In this document: positions 39,797-51,480 of the stretch, piece by piece | Position numbering within the stretch: the stretch's first letter is position 1 | Layout of the letters: every line of letters starts with the position of its first letter | NCBI GenBank assembly: GCA_051362555.1 | Contig: CM120648.1 | Coordinates: 1,403,721 to 1,467,720, forward strand | Direction: 5' to 3' | DNA length: 64,000 bases | Source of the DNA: Lingula anatina | Lineage: Eukaryota; Animalia; Brachiopoda | Program-made: the position numbers and the translations under genes | The notes under the pieces: generated by a model | The model's database searches: none | The model's input: only the letters and a program-made list of their open reading frames with translations | Told to the model about the DNA's origin: nothing

Positions 39797-42381
39797 CAAT
39801 GTTATGGAATGATTTGATTAAAATTCTGTAAGTGAAACAAGTATATTTTAATTTAACAATTTATAAAAACATTTATAATAACAAAAGGATTAAGTACATA
39901 TTTTATGATTTTTAAAGTTTCAATAAAAAAATTAACAAAACCAGTAGGATGATAGCTAGATATCCAGAAATAAGATGTTATAAATGAAACTAATTCAAAA
40001 CATGTTCATATGCATAGTAGGTACCTTGAAAAAATTTAAGGAGTGGACTGAAATTCTATTGTTCTTGTTTTTCTTTTATTTGTCCTGTCATTTATGATTT
40101 ACATAGTATGTAAATCAACAAGTGGGCCCCTTGTTGCCTAACATATCCAAATCTCATCTCACAGTTAGGCAACAATGCTCTGCGATTGCAACCATCACAG
40201 CTGTAGCAACCCATTGAATGGCATACAGCATTGGGTGAGAGTCACAACTGTCACAATCACAACTACACCATCTCTTGGAAATGTTAGCAAGGGGTTAATT
40301 TCAATGTTTTTAACACATATCACACCTGTTCAGATAGAGGGGCTTTTGAATTAATCATAATATTCCAAAGTGAAAGACATAAGGTAACAAAGAGATAAAC
40401 AGATTTTTAGACTACACTGCAAGACAACAATACCATATTGGAAAATGAATTATTAATGGCAACAATATGAATGTGGGCTAAAATATTCATGCATTTATAT
40501 CAAATTTCAAAATGGTGAGAAAAATTCAAAGAACTGTATTTATTTACTTATTATTCTTTGGTTCTTTTCTTTGAACACTCAACAAACCTAAGAATTTGGT
40601 TTCTTGCTTTGAAGTTAGTTGAATTATTCTTAGAATAGTCAAAATAAGGTCAAAAATATTAGAACTGGATACAGTATTATCAAGGTGGCTCCAGGGAAGC
40701 AAATGCAGTGCAATGCTTGGTAGTTTGCAAAAATTAGTGGGTCTCGACTAAAAATTATATTTCCCTTTTTTGAATATGACAGCAAATGAAACCAGCTTTT
40801 CATACTTTCTTTTTTAAAATGAAGTTCTTTCTCTTCTTTCCAAGGAATGGAAAGACTGTTACTTTCTACTTGATGTTTTTCTAAAGTAGTTTTTCTTTCA
40901 AATAAGAAAAAAAGCTTATTATTTTTCTTTTTTTCAAGGCATAAACCAACTTTTTCTTTTCTTTCTTTTTATTTTAAGTGTGGGAAGGGGGGTATACCCC
41001 TTCGACTTTCAAAACTACTCACCTCCTATCTGGAACCTTAAATTCCTTCTTCAGCGTCTCGGCTAACTTGTGGTTGTTCTCCTTCACCAACTGGTACATA
41101 GTGCGATGTAGGGACAGGTTCAGATACGGCTTGTTCAGCTCCTCCTCCATCTTACGCTGGTATTTTAGAAGTTTTACTTGTTCCTCTGTTACCTAGAAAA
41201 ATATCTGCGTATGTAATACTATATAATTCAAACATAATTGCAACGAAGACATATATTACAAACATTTGGACAGAAAAGTGGTATTCTGGGAGGCCTTCTG
41301 TATTTTGGGGTTGCTTATGTTGCCAAATAAAAAGTAGTAAAAGTTTTCACTTTCTAACAGCCAAAAGTATGATTTTTTCTCTTCTGTTTATTCACCTATT
41401 AATTTACAAATTTATTCAGTCATTTCTATATGGTCCATATGTATTTACCACTTCTATATTTTCTGTTCATTATTTTTTCTTTCTTTCTTTCAGCATCAAT
41501 CAATCAATCAATCAACTCCACCTACCTTAGCTGCCCACTCATTTCTGGCTTTATTATAGCACTCCATGGCGGCCATTAGGCAGTCTATGCGGGACTCTAG
41601 GCGCTGAAATAAAGACATGTACCCACTGAGCTGGAATTGTATGTTGAAGAGTTTTACACTTTAACCATTTTATAATGAACTTTCTGCAAACCCATCTCAC
41701 TCTCAGTCTTTAAACAATAACAGTTACATTTTCAAAAGGCGTTTAATTTTCTGAGCACGTTTTTCAAAATGTATTATTCACCATTTATTTGTACTTAGTT
41801 TCCATGAACTCAACTGAGCATTTTTAATGAACTTCAGACTCCAAATATTTTAACAATAACACTTACTATAATTAAATTGATTATTATTTTCTAACACCAG
41901 GCTCACTGCAGCATTTGCACTGCAGCCAACTTGCCATGTGCAATGATAAAATTTGTTCATTCTGAAATTCAAGACAAGCTGACAAATGTGCATCCTGGCA
42001 CTTACCTCCTCTGTGTAGCACTCTTTGACCCTGCAGTCCCCTTCTTCCTGGAAATTGTCCTCCTGGTAATAGAGATCTTGCAGGTTCTTCAGGTTCTCTT
42101 GGCGACAATACTGGAATTATTTACAATATATTTCATGAAAAGATCAACTGCATGTCTTGCATTTTGTCTAGGCTTTTTCTCTTCTATTTATTACCTTCAT
42201 TATCATTGTTATTATTATTTTTATTATTATTTATTTTTTTTTTCTTTTCTCTGGATTGAAAAGATCCATTTAGACCCCAAAAACTTTGTAAAGCAGGCTG
42301 ACGTCATTTATCTGGCATTAAATAAACCTACTAGTATATCTTGTACTATGTAACTGATCTGAGTTTTGATTATCACATAAC

Positions 42382-42421
<40 letters not shown>

Positions 42422-45400
42422 TGTAAATATAAAGCATGTGCCACTGGCATGTTCCTGATGGTCATGTAGAAATCTCCTAAACTCATCTTCTCCTTAAGGT
42501 TCAGTATCACCATATACACTGAAAATATACGATTTTAATATGTGATTTAATTAACACAAGCACACATACATGTATATTCAACATTACTCACTTTTTTCTA
42601 ATAATGAACAAGTTCCTTGGGTTATCTACCGACATAATCTGAAAGTCATGGTTGGACATTAATTAAGCAGGGGGAAGGAACAATGGTTCTGCCTTCCTCT
42701 TCAGTTGGAAGGGATAAATTTTGGGAATCTAGGATGCAATTTGGGACTTGTAACAGTGTCTGCTGGTACACATAAATCATGCTACCAGCCTATACTGTTA
42801 AAGACAGGGCCAGTTTATCTGCTTACTCAGGTGTGTGTCTCTACTTTCTATCAATTCAGACAGGGCCAGATAGACTGGGTTCCCATACTTAGATCGATCC
42901 ATCTGGATCGACGTAACTCCCTGGGGGTTCACGCTTAATTGCTATCAGCTCAAGAGGCTTATATGTCTGTCACGCCTACCGAATCAGCTAGGGTGAAGAT
43001 AATTACCTTCTAACAGTTTTACTAGGCGTGACAGACGTTTAAGCTGGCTAGTTTGATAGCAACTTAGTGAGACTTCCCAGGGAGATAGATCGATCCAAAT
43101 ATCTTAGGAAATGGTCCCTTAGAGCGCATTCTCAACGAATTAAGCCAGGCTTTACAAAGCCGGTGACCTAAAAATGGCGGACGTACATGAAAGAAAAACC
43201 GCCTAATCTTTTAATAGTCTCTCCGCCTCCCCACACGTCGTCCCTGCGGGGTACAGTAATTAAATCGCGTCTCCGTTCGCCATGCGGAAGCTACCTGAGA
43301 AATATTAAGTGCGCATGCTCATCAGTTAAACTCATGGTGAAGAAAGCATGGCGGCTGAAGGCGATCGAAGGAAAAAAGCTCTTCTGTTCTATTATCTTTG
43401 AAAACAGAGACGAAAAAGGAATAATTTGGCCCGTAGAGCAGCAATGAATCGACTATCTATGGAGATAATATCACCAGAGATATTCACGGAAATATTAATG
43501 TTCGGAGCCGAGATTTAATTACTGTACCCCGCAGGGACGACGTGTGGGGAGGCGTGTGAGAGGCGGAGAGACTATTAAAAGATTAGGCGGTTTTTCTTTC
43601 ATGTACGTCCGCCATTTTTAGGTCACCGGCTTTGTAAAGCCTGGCTTAATTCGTTGAGAATGCGCTCTTAGTCTACCAACTTAAGTACTGGGTTATGTGT
43701 CTCCCCTTTTTATTGGCTTAGACTGTCAGTTAGTTTTCAAACCTAAACTACTGTATGTGTCTCCCCTTTTCTACTGGCTTAGCCAGGCAATAAATTTACT
43801 TACTCAAGTCTGTGTCTCCGCTCTCTATTGCCTTAGACAAGGCAAGTTGTTCTTTCTTCATCTTCATCAGCAAGGGAACCTGCTCTGCAGCACGGGGTTC
43901 ATAGTCCAACAGCTGATAATGAGGATGAAAAGACTGTGAACATACACCAAATATGCAATTTGTCATTTTACTACCAAATCAAAGCTCAACTATCTGAGTA
44001 TAAGGGTGCTTTCCCAGAGATTTAGATCGATCTAAAGATTAAGATTTAGATCGACCTAACTCCCTGGGGGTTCACGCTAAATTGCAGTCAGCCGAGCGGG
44101 CACCATAGTTAATTACCCCCTTACAGCTTTTAGTAGGCGGGACAGACGCTTAATCCGGCCAAGCTGACAGTAATCTAGTGAGACTCCCCACAGGGATAGA
44201 TCGATCTAAAAATCTATGGAAATGGGGTGTAAGTAGTTCTAAAGAGAGCAAAATGGAGAAAAAAAATCTGAAAAGAAATAAACTAACAGTAAAATTACAT
44301 CTGATTCACCAAAAGAAAAGCACATAATGCTGTGGCAACGTGCCGCCTGCTTTGAATGTATTTACTATGTATATCTATTGTAGAAATAAATCTGTTCAAA
44401 AAAAAAAAAAAAAGAAAGAAAAAGAAAAAAGGCAAGGACATACTCCAAAATGGCTTCCAAATTTATGATGGCATTAACTTACAATTTACCTTAAAATGAA
44501 TCAATACACATTAATTGGCCTTTTTATTTCTAAAAACCAAAAGAAACAGCAGATGACTTATGAGTAAATACCAACCTTGAGGGTTATTGCTTAGAAGAGG
44601 AAAATGGTTGTCAGATAATCATTTTGAAATTCATTTTATTAGGAGAAACAAATAGAGAATACTGCAGAAGTAAGAGGACTAAATGGACAGAAGGAAAAGA
44701 AACTAAAATTTCAATTTTTTCCATTATATGTACCCTTGTTGCCAGCTCAGGTCTGCCCACATCCAAAGCTTTATTAGCAATTTCAGAATACGAAACACCA
44801 GGAGTGTCGCCCAACTTCTGAGATATAGAACGCGCTATGGCCTCATCCTCAACGCCAGTTTGTTCAACCTGAAACACACAAGTTTATACACTATGTATCA
44901 GATATTTAGTTTTCTCCAAATCATTCCAAATCAATTTTTTTCTATAGTTTACATGTGCTGAGTATATCTAAGGGTCATGCAAAATCTTTACAGGAAAACA
45001 ACTTAAGACAGCCAATTAAGACTCTGGTGCTGGTGACACGATAGTTAAATCTTAAAATAATCTTGGCTACAAAAACAAGAATTTTTGATATTTATTAAGA
45101 ATTTTATTTCTTATACATAAACCCCCTCACAAATATGCTAAATTAGTAAAACCATATATTTTGTTCAGCACTAATATCCAAATAACAGAGTACCCTTCCC
45201 TCTCTTTCAATAGAGTTACAAATATGGATCACAAACCTTATAACAAGCCCAGTGCGCCATGATACGACTGGCGCCATCTGCCTCAGGTATCTTGAGATAC
45301 TGACAAATCCTCACTGCCAGGGGGTAGTGGCGCCGCACCACCAGTCTGTCTATTAGCACCGGTAAGGTCAATGATTGCAATCTGGTCAGGTCAAAGTCAA

Positions 45401-48400
45401 TAAAGGTCATGCTTGAAAAATAGATCTTACCTTGATAATTCTAAAATTAAAAAACAACAATAACAACAACAACAAAATAACATCTAATTGAAACTTAATA
45501 AAATAGGTAAATTATCTAAGTTTTTTTTTTTTCAAAAATGTTAACAAAGTTATGTTTTCTTGGTAACTGCACAACAGTATTTTAATTTTAATTTAGTTAA
45601 AAACAAAAATGAATCAGATTCAATTAAAATGTAAAGTGATACGTGTAAGAAGAAGCAGTTTTATTTTGCTAACCTTATTTCATGTTAAAAATAACCTCCT
45701 ATATCCCTTACTCTTTTCAATTAAATTTTAAATCATTTTTTGTTATTTTACAACACTGTTAAGTCATTAATTAAGGATACTGTGTGTAGGTTAGAGGTAG
45801 ACCCACAGTGTAATCTCTAACTGCATTCAGCACTCTCAGCATCTGACACATGTTCACAAAGGTTTCTGGTCTCACGTCTGTCAGGAAACATTTTCCAAAT
45901 GACGCTGCCTGTAAGAGAAAATAAATAAAATGGTTTACAGTACAAAATTAACTTTTAGGTCAATGCTACATAAAAAAATGTACAGCTGTACTATCTGGAA
46001 AAAGTGTGTCAAAAGAGTTTCAGATTCATATTTGAAGTCATTTCAGAATGCAGCATTTTCAAGATGTGAAGAAAAGAAATTTAAAATTATTTTCATGGTA
46101 GATTTAGTCTGTCTTTACTGATTCTAGGCAAACATGCCATGAACATCTAAGCATTTTACTACAAATAAATCTTTCAATAGCCACTTGCACCCCATTTCCA
46201 TAGATTAGATCGACCTACTTTAGATCGACCTAACTCCCTGGGGGTTCACGCTAAATAGCTGTCAGCCGGGCGGACACGAAAGTTAATTACCCCCTTACAG
46301 CTTGTAGTAGGCGGGACAGACATTTAAGTCGGATTATCTGAAAGTAATCTAGTGAGACTCCCCGCGGGGATAGATCGATCTAAAATCTATGGGAATAGAG
46401 CCTTATACTTTTAGCTTACTCTGAGCAGTGCCTTCTGACTCTTGGGCTCATACTCATAACCAGCGCCCTCTATACATTGTTCAACTGCCAAGTCCAACTT
46501 GTCCTTGATCATTCTGATGTATTCGTCTGCTCGCTGACTTCCTTTCTAAATAAAACAAAAAGATAGCAGTTAAGCTAGTTTCATTTAAAATTCACACAAA
46601 AATTTATTATATGATTTGAAAGTACTGAGAGGTGATTAAGACAAAGTTCATTTTAGCAAGGAGTTTCTGCAAGAAACCATGTATTTGATAAGGTCTTGAA
46701 ATAATATAAAAGAAACTCAGAAGTGTTTGCCAGTAATTTATTATTTTTCTAAATAAAAACCTGATTAAATACCCCCTTGCAATTCGATAATATTCAAACT
46801 CTGTGAAATGCCTCGTTAACAAATGAATTAATTATTTCAAATTACAATGAATAATGTTACCACACTTTCTGTGAGGCACAAAATCTGAATTAATAACATG
46901 GCCATCCAAGAACAAGATTCACGACTCACCCCAAACTCCCTAGAAGCTTCATATAACATGGCACCAGGAGCCATAGAACCAATCTTGAAGATTTCTTCAA
47001 CAACAGCTGGAATTAAAAAAATAATACACTAAAATATTTTTAAAAATACAATTTGGATTGCTTTGTGCAGAGAACTGGAAACGAAAATGGCAAAAACAAA
47101 GTAATTTGCTAAAAATAATTAATTCTTAAAAAGTTTCATAATTTAACTTGGTATCCAAAATTTTCAACAATCAACTCAGCATTGTGTTTCTTTGTAGATT
47201 GAAAATTTTCTCTTTCTCCTTCTTAGCTCTTTTACAGGTGTCTCTCTCTCTCTAACTGATAAACTTACGTGGAACTCTCTGTAAAAATTCATGTGTATCA
47301 TTCCCTATGATTCTGAGCCCATCTATTTCCTGCACCAAAGTCACTGGAGTATCATAGCTGTATGTAGAAACAGTTAAGGATTCCCATGCTTTACAGTCTA
47401 AATATCTTTATAGATAATACAAACATTTTAAAATGGTTTTTAATGAAGTCATGCCAAAGAATATTAGGTAATTTTTTCACAGATTGATTTCCGCAAATTC
47501 GGACATCAGCATTCCTCTGACAAAAATATGAAATGTCAATGTCATCAAAACATGTAATTTTTTTCACACATCAATATAATAGTACAATAAATATTTAGCA
47601 TTATCTATTACTGTTGTAACTCCTTGATCTAACTTAAAGGTAACTGACTTTTTTGCCTAAAACGTATGACATTAAACACTTCAACCGACTACCATAAGAA
47701 TCTAATAACATGTAGAGTTTTAACATGTCAATAAAGATTTTATAAAATCAGTAAAGGATATTTCACCCAATCTTTAGAAGGTCCTACCATCAGGAGCAGG
47801 TTTAGCTCTGCCCAGTAACTTACTATAGAACCTGTACCACACCTGAAAAGAAGGTAAGTTGTCTGTTGAGATAGCATACTTCACTATTAGACAGTGTCAA
47901 GTTGGCTTTGACAAAAATGTCTTAGTTTTAAAGTCAGAATTAGGAGCACAAACACATTAGCTCTTATTTCTTATTTTTGTCTATAAATAATAGATTTTAA
48001 GTGTAAAAAGAACACTGCAAAGTATATTGATTGCAACATGTATTGAAATGTGTGGTATTGTATTTGCACTTTTGTGTATTCAGTGACATAAATATTGTAA
48101 ATGACTTTGATAAAATATAAATAAATAAATAAATAAATAAAATAATAGGCACTCACCAACAAAGTTGTGTGGGTCTCACTGCACTTTTAGTATTAAATTC
48201 ACAGTAAACTTTCTGCAACAGAAAATATATTTAATCACTTCTTTAAAATGAAAAATAAAGCAGTTTCAATTGCAGAGAAAAATAATAAATAGAATGCAAA
48301 TTTGGGATTTTTATTGACAAAATGGCATGCTTGTAGAGGTGGGATGGGGTAGACTTTTTTGAGAGAAAAAAGCAGCCATCCCTAGTCATTCTACCCCCAC

Positions 48401-51289
48401 CTTACCCCAGGGGGAGAGGGGGTCTGGCCTTGTAATTTTGAGAGAAAGAAACACCCTTCCTATCCCCTTCTACTCCCACCCCACCCTCCCCAGCCCAACT
48501 TTTAAATATTAACTTTGGAACATGACATCAGCAGCCATACAGCACAATGACAAGACTGTTACAATGTATCTTCTCACCTGTAAATCAGCAGAGCCGATCC
48601 ACAGGAGCCCTGTGTTTGTAAACAGAGCCAGGTATTTATTGTTGAAGGACACTGACATCTCTATAAATGACTCCACTGAGATACTCACTTCTACTGTCTG
48701 AAATGATGGTAGGAAAAATTCTAATTTTTAAAGCAATTGTAAGACACTTAATAATAAAAATTCAAAGTAATTTTGAAGAAGTCAAGTTTTAAGTTATGTT
48801 TCAAGTTTCACAGGTGTTCTAGTTTACAAGTTGGTTGTTGGCATGACCGAGTATCTGTAACCTTCACCTGCTGTTGATATTGTCCTCCATGGTCCAGTAA
48901 AAACAATTCATTCTCCTTTGCCACCAGAGCTCTGGTCTGTCTGTCCTGGTTAATGATGGCCCAACTACTGGGAGGAGCTTGGAGACCTGTCAGTTAAAAC
49001 ACGTGTAGAGCATAAGACATGAAAAATAATAATTTTCTTGGAGTAATTAAAAAAGGAGAGGCCATTACAGGATTAAGTGGTCTCCCTTTCATGTAGGTCT
49101 GCCATATTTAAGCTGTGGACCAGTTAGCACTGGGATCTTCTCATTCTGAGAACGACATGTGTTATTTACCTGGCACCTCAGCCAGTCTTCTTACTCTGGG
49201 GTCTTCAATATTATTACATACAAATATCCTGTATGTGCTGGTCAGTACAGCAATCCCCGTAGTATTGGCTGTCTGGAATATCTTCACTTCCAGCACCTTG
49301 GTGTCCTTGACCTCCTGTAAACAAAGAAGGCAGCAAATGCTGTCAAATGTACAGACATAAAGGAGATCATGAGGATGACAGGGGATAAATTAGCCTTAGG
49401 GTTTTTGGTCAGTTATGATGCAATGTGACAAAATGCTAAAAAGCATGATCACCACCACTAGGTTCACTAACAATTAAAAAATTTATTAATATAAAAAATG
49501 CAACAGAAATGCAATAACTGGTCAATACATAAATTTACAGATTTAATTTTTGTTTGTTTGTTTCACTGTCAAAAGCTTTCGATGAAAATAATATCAGTGG
49601 GTAAAAAAAATAATTTTCTGAAAATCACAATGGAGCAGAATGATTGTGTGTCAGTTAATCTCTGACCAACTTACTGTTCCCAGGCTGAAGGTTCTCTTGA
49701 AATTTCCAAATATGTCATAGACCAGTACACTGCCATCATCCTGTACGCAAAGAAGATCTTCCGTGTTTGACCAACCAAGCTGAATAACACGACCACTGTT
49801 CCACTGAAAAAGAAAAAAAAAAACTCAGAAATTTAATTACCTAATTAATTATGATATCCAATTTAAAAAAGAAATAGTTGTCATTTTTGCTACTGAAAAA
49901 TAATATCTTCTGTTATGAACCGGTCTGAGAATTTTTAATGTTCCACACATTGTATAATTTCATTTTGTGACATACTTCCAGTAATTTTGTTCAAATTTGT
50001 TTCCAATTATCTGATTAGTAGTTTCAAAGTTGTTTCATATTTCACTAGTCCCCTGCCAAATTTACTGGTCAATTGCCACTGAGCAGAGGCTAACACAGCA
50101 TATGTCTTAGGCTGTGTTCAGATAAAAAATTGTTGGTCCAGCAGGATTGATCCATCTCTGTGGGGTTTCTCCTGAATTCTCCTGAATTGTCTAGGGCCAT
50201 CCCTTCCAAAAGCTAGGAAATGTAATTACATCCTAGCTTCTGGAGGTGGCAGTCCAGACAATTTAGCTGTTTAGATTGAGTGCAAGAATCCCTAAAGAGA
50301 TACACTGTAGGTTGATCTTGCTAGATTGGTGACTTTTAATCTGAACACAGCCATACTCACAGTGAACCTGGTGATTTCTCTTCCAGCAGCAGAATAGATA
50401 TATACTGTGGGTTTGATGTTTCCTTGCACTTTGGCTACTAATTTACTCTCATCCTGGATCAGGGCTGGAAAAAAAAGACCGAAAAATACTCTTATGCCTA
50501 CATAAAAACTGGTTAAGCCATATTAGTCCACTTATATCAAATTGTTACTTTAGGGTCTAAAATAAGTAGAATCTGCTTATATTTTGAAACAGGCACAGTC
50601 TTCCATTTACTTTAACAGCTACTTTTTTCGGAATGGCTCCCAGTGATTTTGTATTTCCTGTGCTTCAGGAAAGCTGGGCCTGTCATACTGAATAAATTAA
50701 CTTAAACTTGATACATCCCCAGTGACTCTGTCAATCATTTCTACCTATAGGACCTCCATATGGTGCCGTGGCGACATTATACTTGTACAAGTCCTGCATC
50801 CATTCCATCTGATACAGCTCTGTTTTCCTGATGAAACAACAGCATAGGCATTAAAATTCAAGTATGTTAGATGTGACAGTGTTTTAGGTGTGACGGAAAT
50901 ACTTGAATGAATTATATTCAACAGCATTAATTTTGTAATAAATTATGAGGCTGCACCATTGGGAAATTATTGTTGGATGATTATTACATTATGGAACCAT
51001 CCCCTGTGTTGCTTTTAACTGTTTTAATCCTGGTAATATCACATATAAATGCCAGGAATTATTAGGGAGGGGGGGGGGCGGATGGGGGGGGGCAACATCA
51101 ACAGAAACAAAACAAGAAAATGCAGCTGGCCCGCTTAGCTAAAAAAGAATCATCACCTCTGTTGCCAATAAAATTATAATGACATTTAAATGCACGACAC
51201 TTTATTGCAGTATAAAGCGTCTGCCAGCACGGGACATACCTGTAAAAGACTTCCCCTAAGGGATTCCAGTCCGCAGTAGCCAGCGCCAT
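36341..51289 (-). CDS. VPS16: Vacuolar protein sorting-associated protein 16 (HOPS/CORVET core), complete, 23 exons, ~832 aa
   Basis: Exons: 51289-51240, 50827-50745, 50464-50361, 49803-49675, 49314-49170, 48986-48868, 48697-48578, 48212-48157, 47842-47762, 47363-47269, 47006-46930, 46545-46420, 45908-45781, 45381-45237, 44868-44734, 43912-43804, 42518-42421, 42110-42006, 41603-41526, 41192-41023, 38118-38022, 37342-37239, 36485-36341 (2499 nt, in frame). Motifs: [84 protein letters not shown]. Confidence 0.97.
37539..37854. mobile_element. Kolobok-like MITE (AG...CT termini, TTAA TSD)
   Basis: ttaa|agggataacaact ... agttgttatccct|ttaa, with a central hairpin ccctgaacttcagagataa...ttatctctgaagctcaggg. 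Confidence 0.75.
38958..39349. mobile_element. MITE family C, TIR GGGYTMATTCCCATTGA, TAT TSD
   Basis: TAT at 38955-38957 and 39350-39352. Internal inverted repeat gctgaatgcaatcag/aattgcattcagc. Confidence 0.75.
42873..43118 (-). mobile_element. MITE family A copy
   Basis: Reverse-complement homology to 22186-22405. Confidence 0.8.
43122..43667. mobile_element. Long-TIR (~145 bp) non-autonomous PIF/Harbinger-like element, TTA TSD
   Basis: Almost perfect inverted repeats gagcgcattctcaacgaattaagcc.../...ggcttaattcgttgagaatgcgctc. TTA at 43119-43121 and 43668-43670. Confidence 0.9.
44004..44229. mobile_element. MITE family A copy (TAA TSD)
   Basis: TAA at 44001-44003 and 44230-44232. The core is reverse-complementary to 62581-62796. 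Confidence 0.85.
45382..45780 (-). other. U12-type GT-AG intron (VPS16 intron 13)
   Basis: 5' site GTATCCTT. There is no clear polypyrimidine tract and only a degenerate branch-like ACCTTTAT/CTTTGAC before the AG. The frame is restored (LTYTQ|LQSLT). Confidence 0.8.
46188..46402 (-). mobile_element. MITE family A copy
   Basis: Near-exact reverse complement of 63152-63366. Confidence 0.85.
47364..47761 (-). other. U12-type AT-AC intron (VPS16 intron 9)
   Basis: 5' site ATATCCTTT, branch point TCCTTAAC (plus strand 47373-47380), and terminal AC. Splicing it restores the frame (DWVK|YSYDTP). Confidence 0.95.
50110..50352. mobile_element. Tourist-like MITE, TIR GGCTGTGTTCAGAT
   Basis: 14-bp perfect TIR with TTA/ATA flanks. 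It ends 8 nt from the VPS16 exon 3 donor. Confidence 0.7.
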
Positions 51290-51480
51290 GTTTTCAGCTT
51301 GTCATGTGACTTCCTTGTCGTATCGGTGCATTATCATTTCCATTTCAGACTTAAAGAGGAAGAGGTACAAACGAACTTTGTCAAACAAAAAATATGTTAC
51401 AAAGCATTTCTTTCATTTCAAGATAAGAAGATACAAAACAAGATGTAAAGAAGACATACAACTGGTTTTTAAGCAGGTGA
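51290..51480. promoter_or_regulatory. Probable bidirectional promoter VPS16(-)/PI3K(+), with an M-box/CLEAR-like GTCATGTGAC and an ETS ACTTCC
   Basis: GTCATGTGAC is at 51301-51310, 12 nt from the VPS16 ATG. A strong + strand donor CAG|GTGAGT near 51476 has no intervening + gene before the PI3K acceptor at 59790. Confidence 0.5.
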
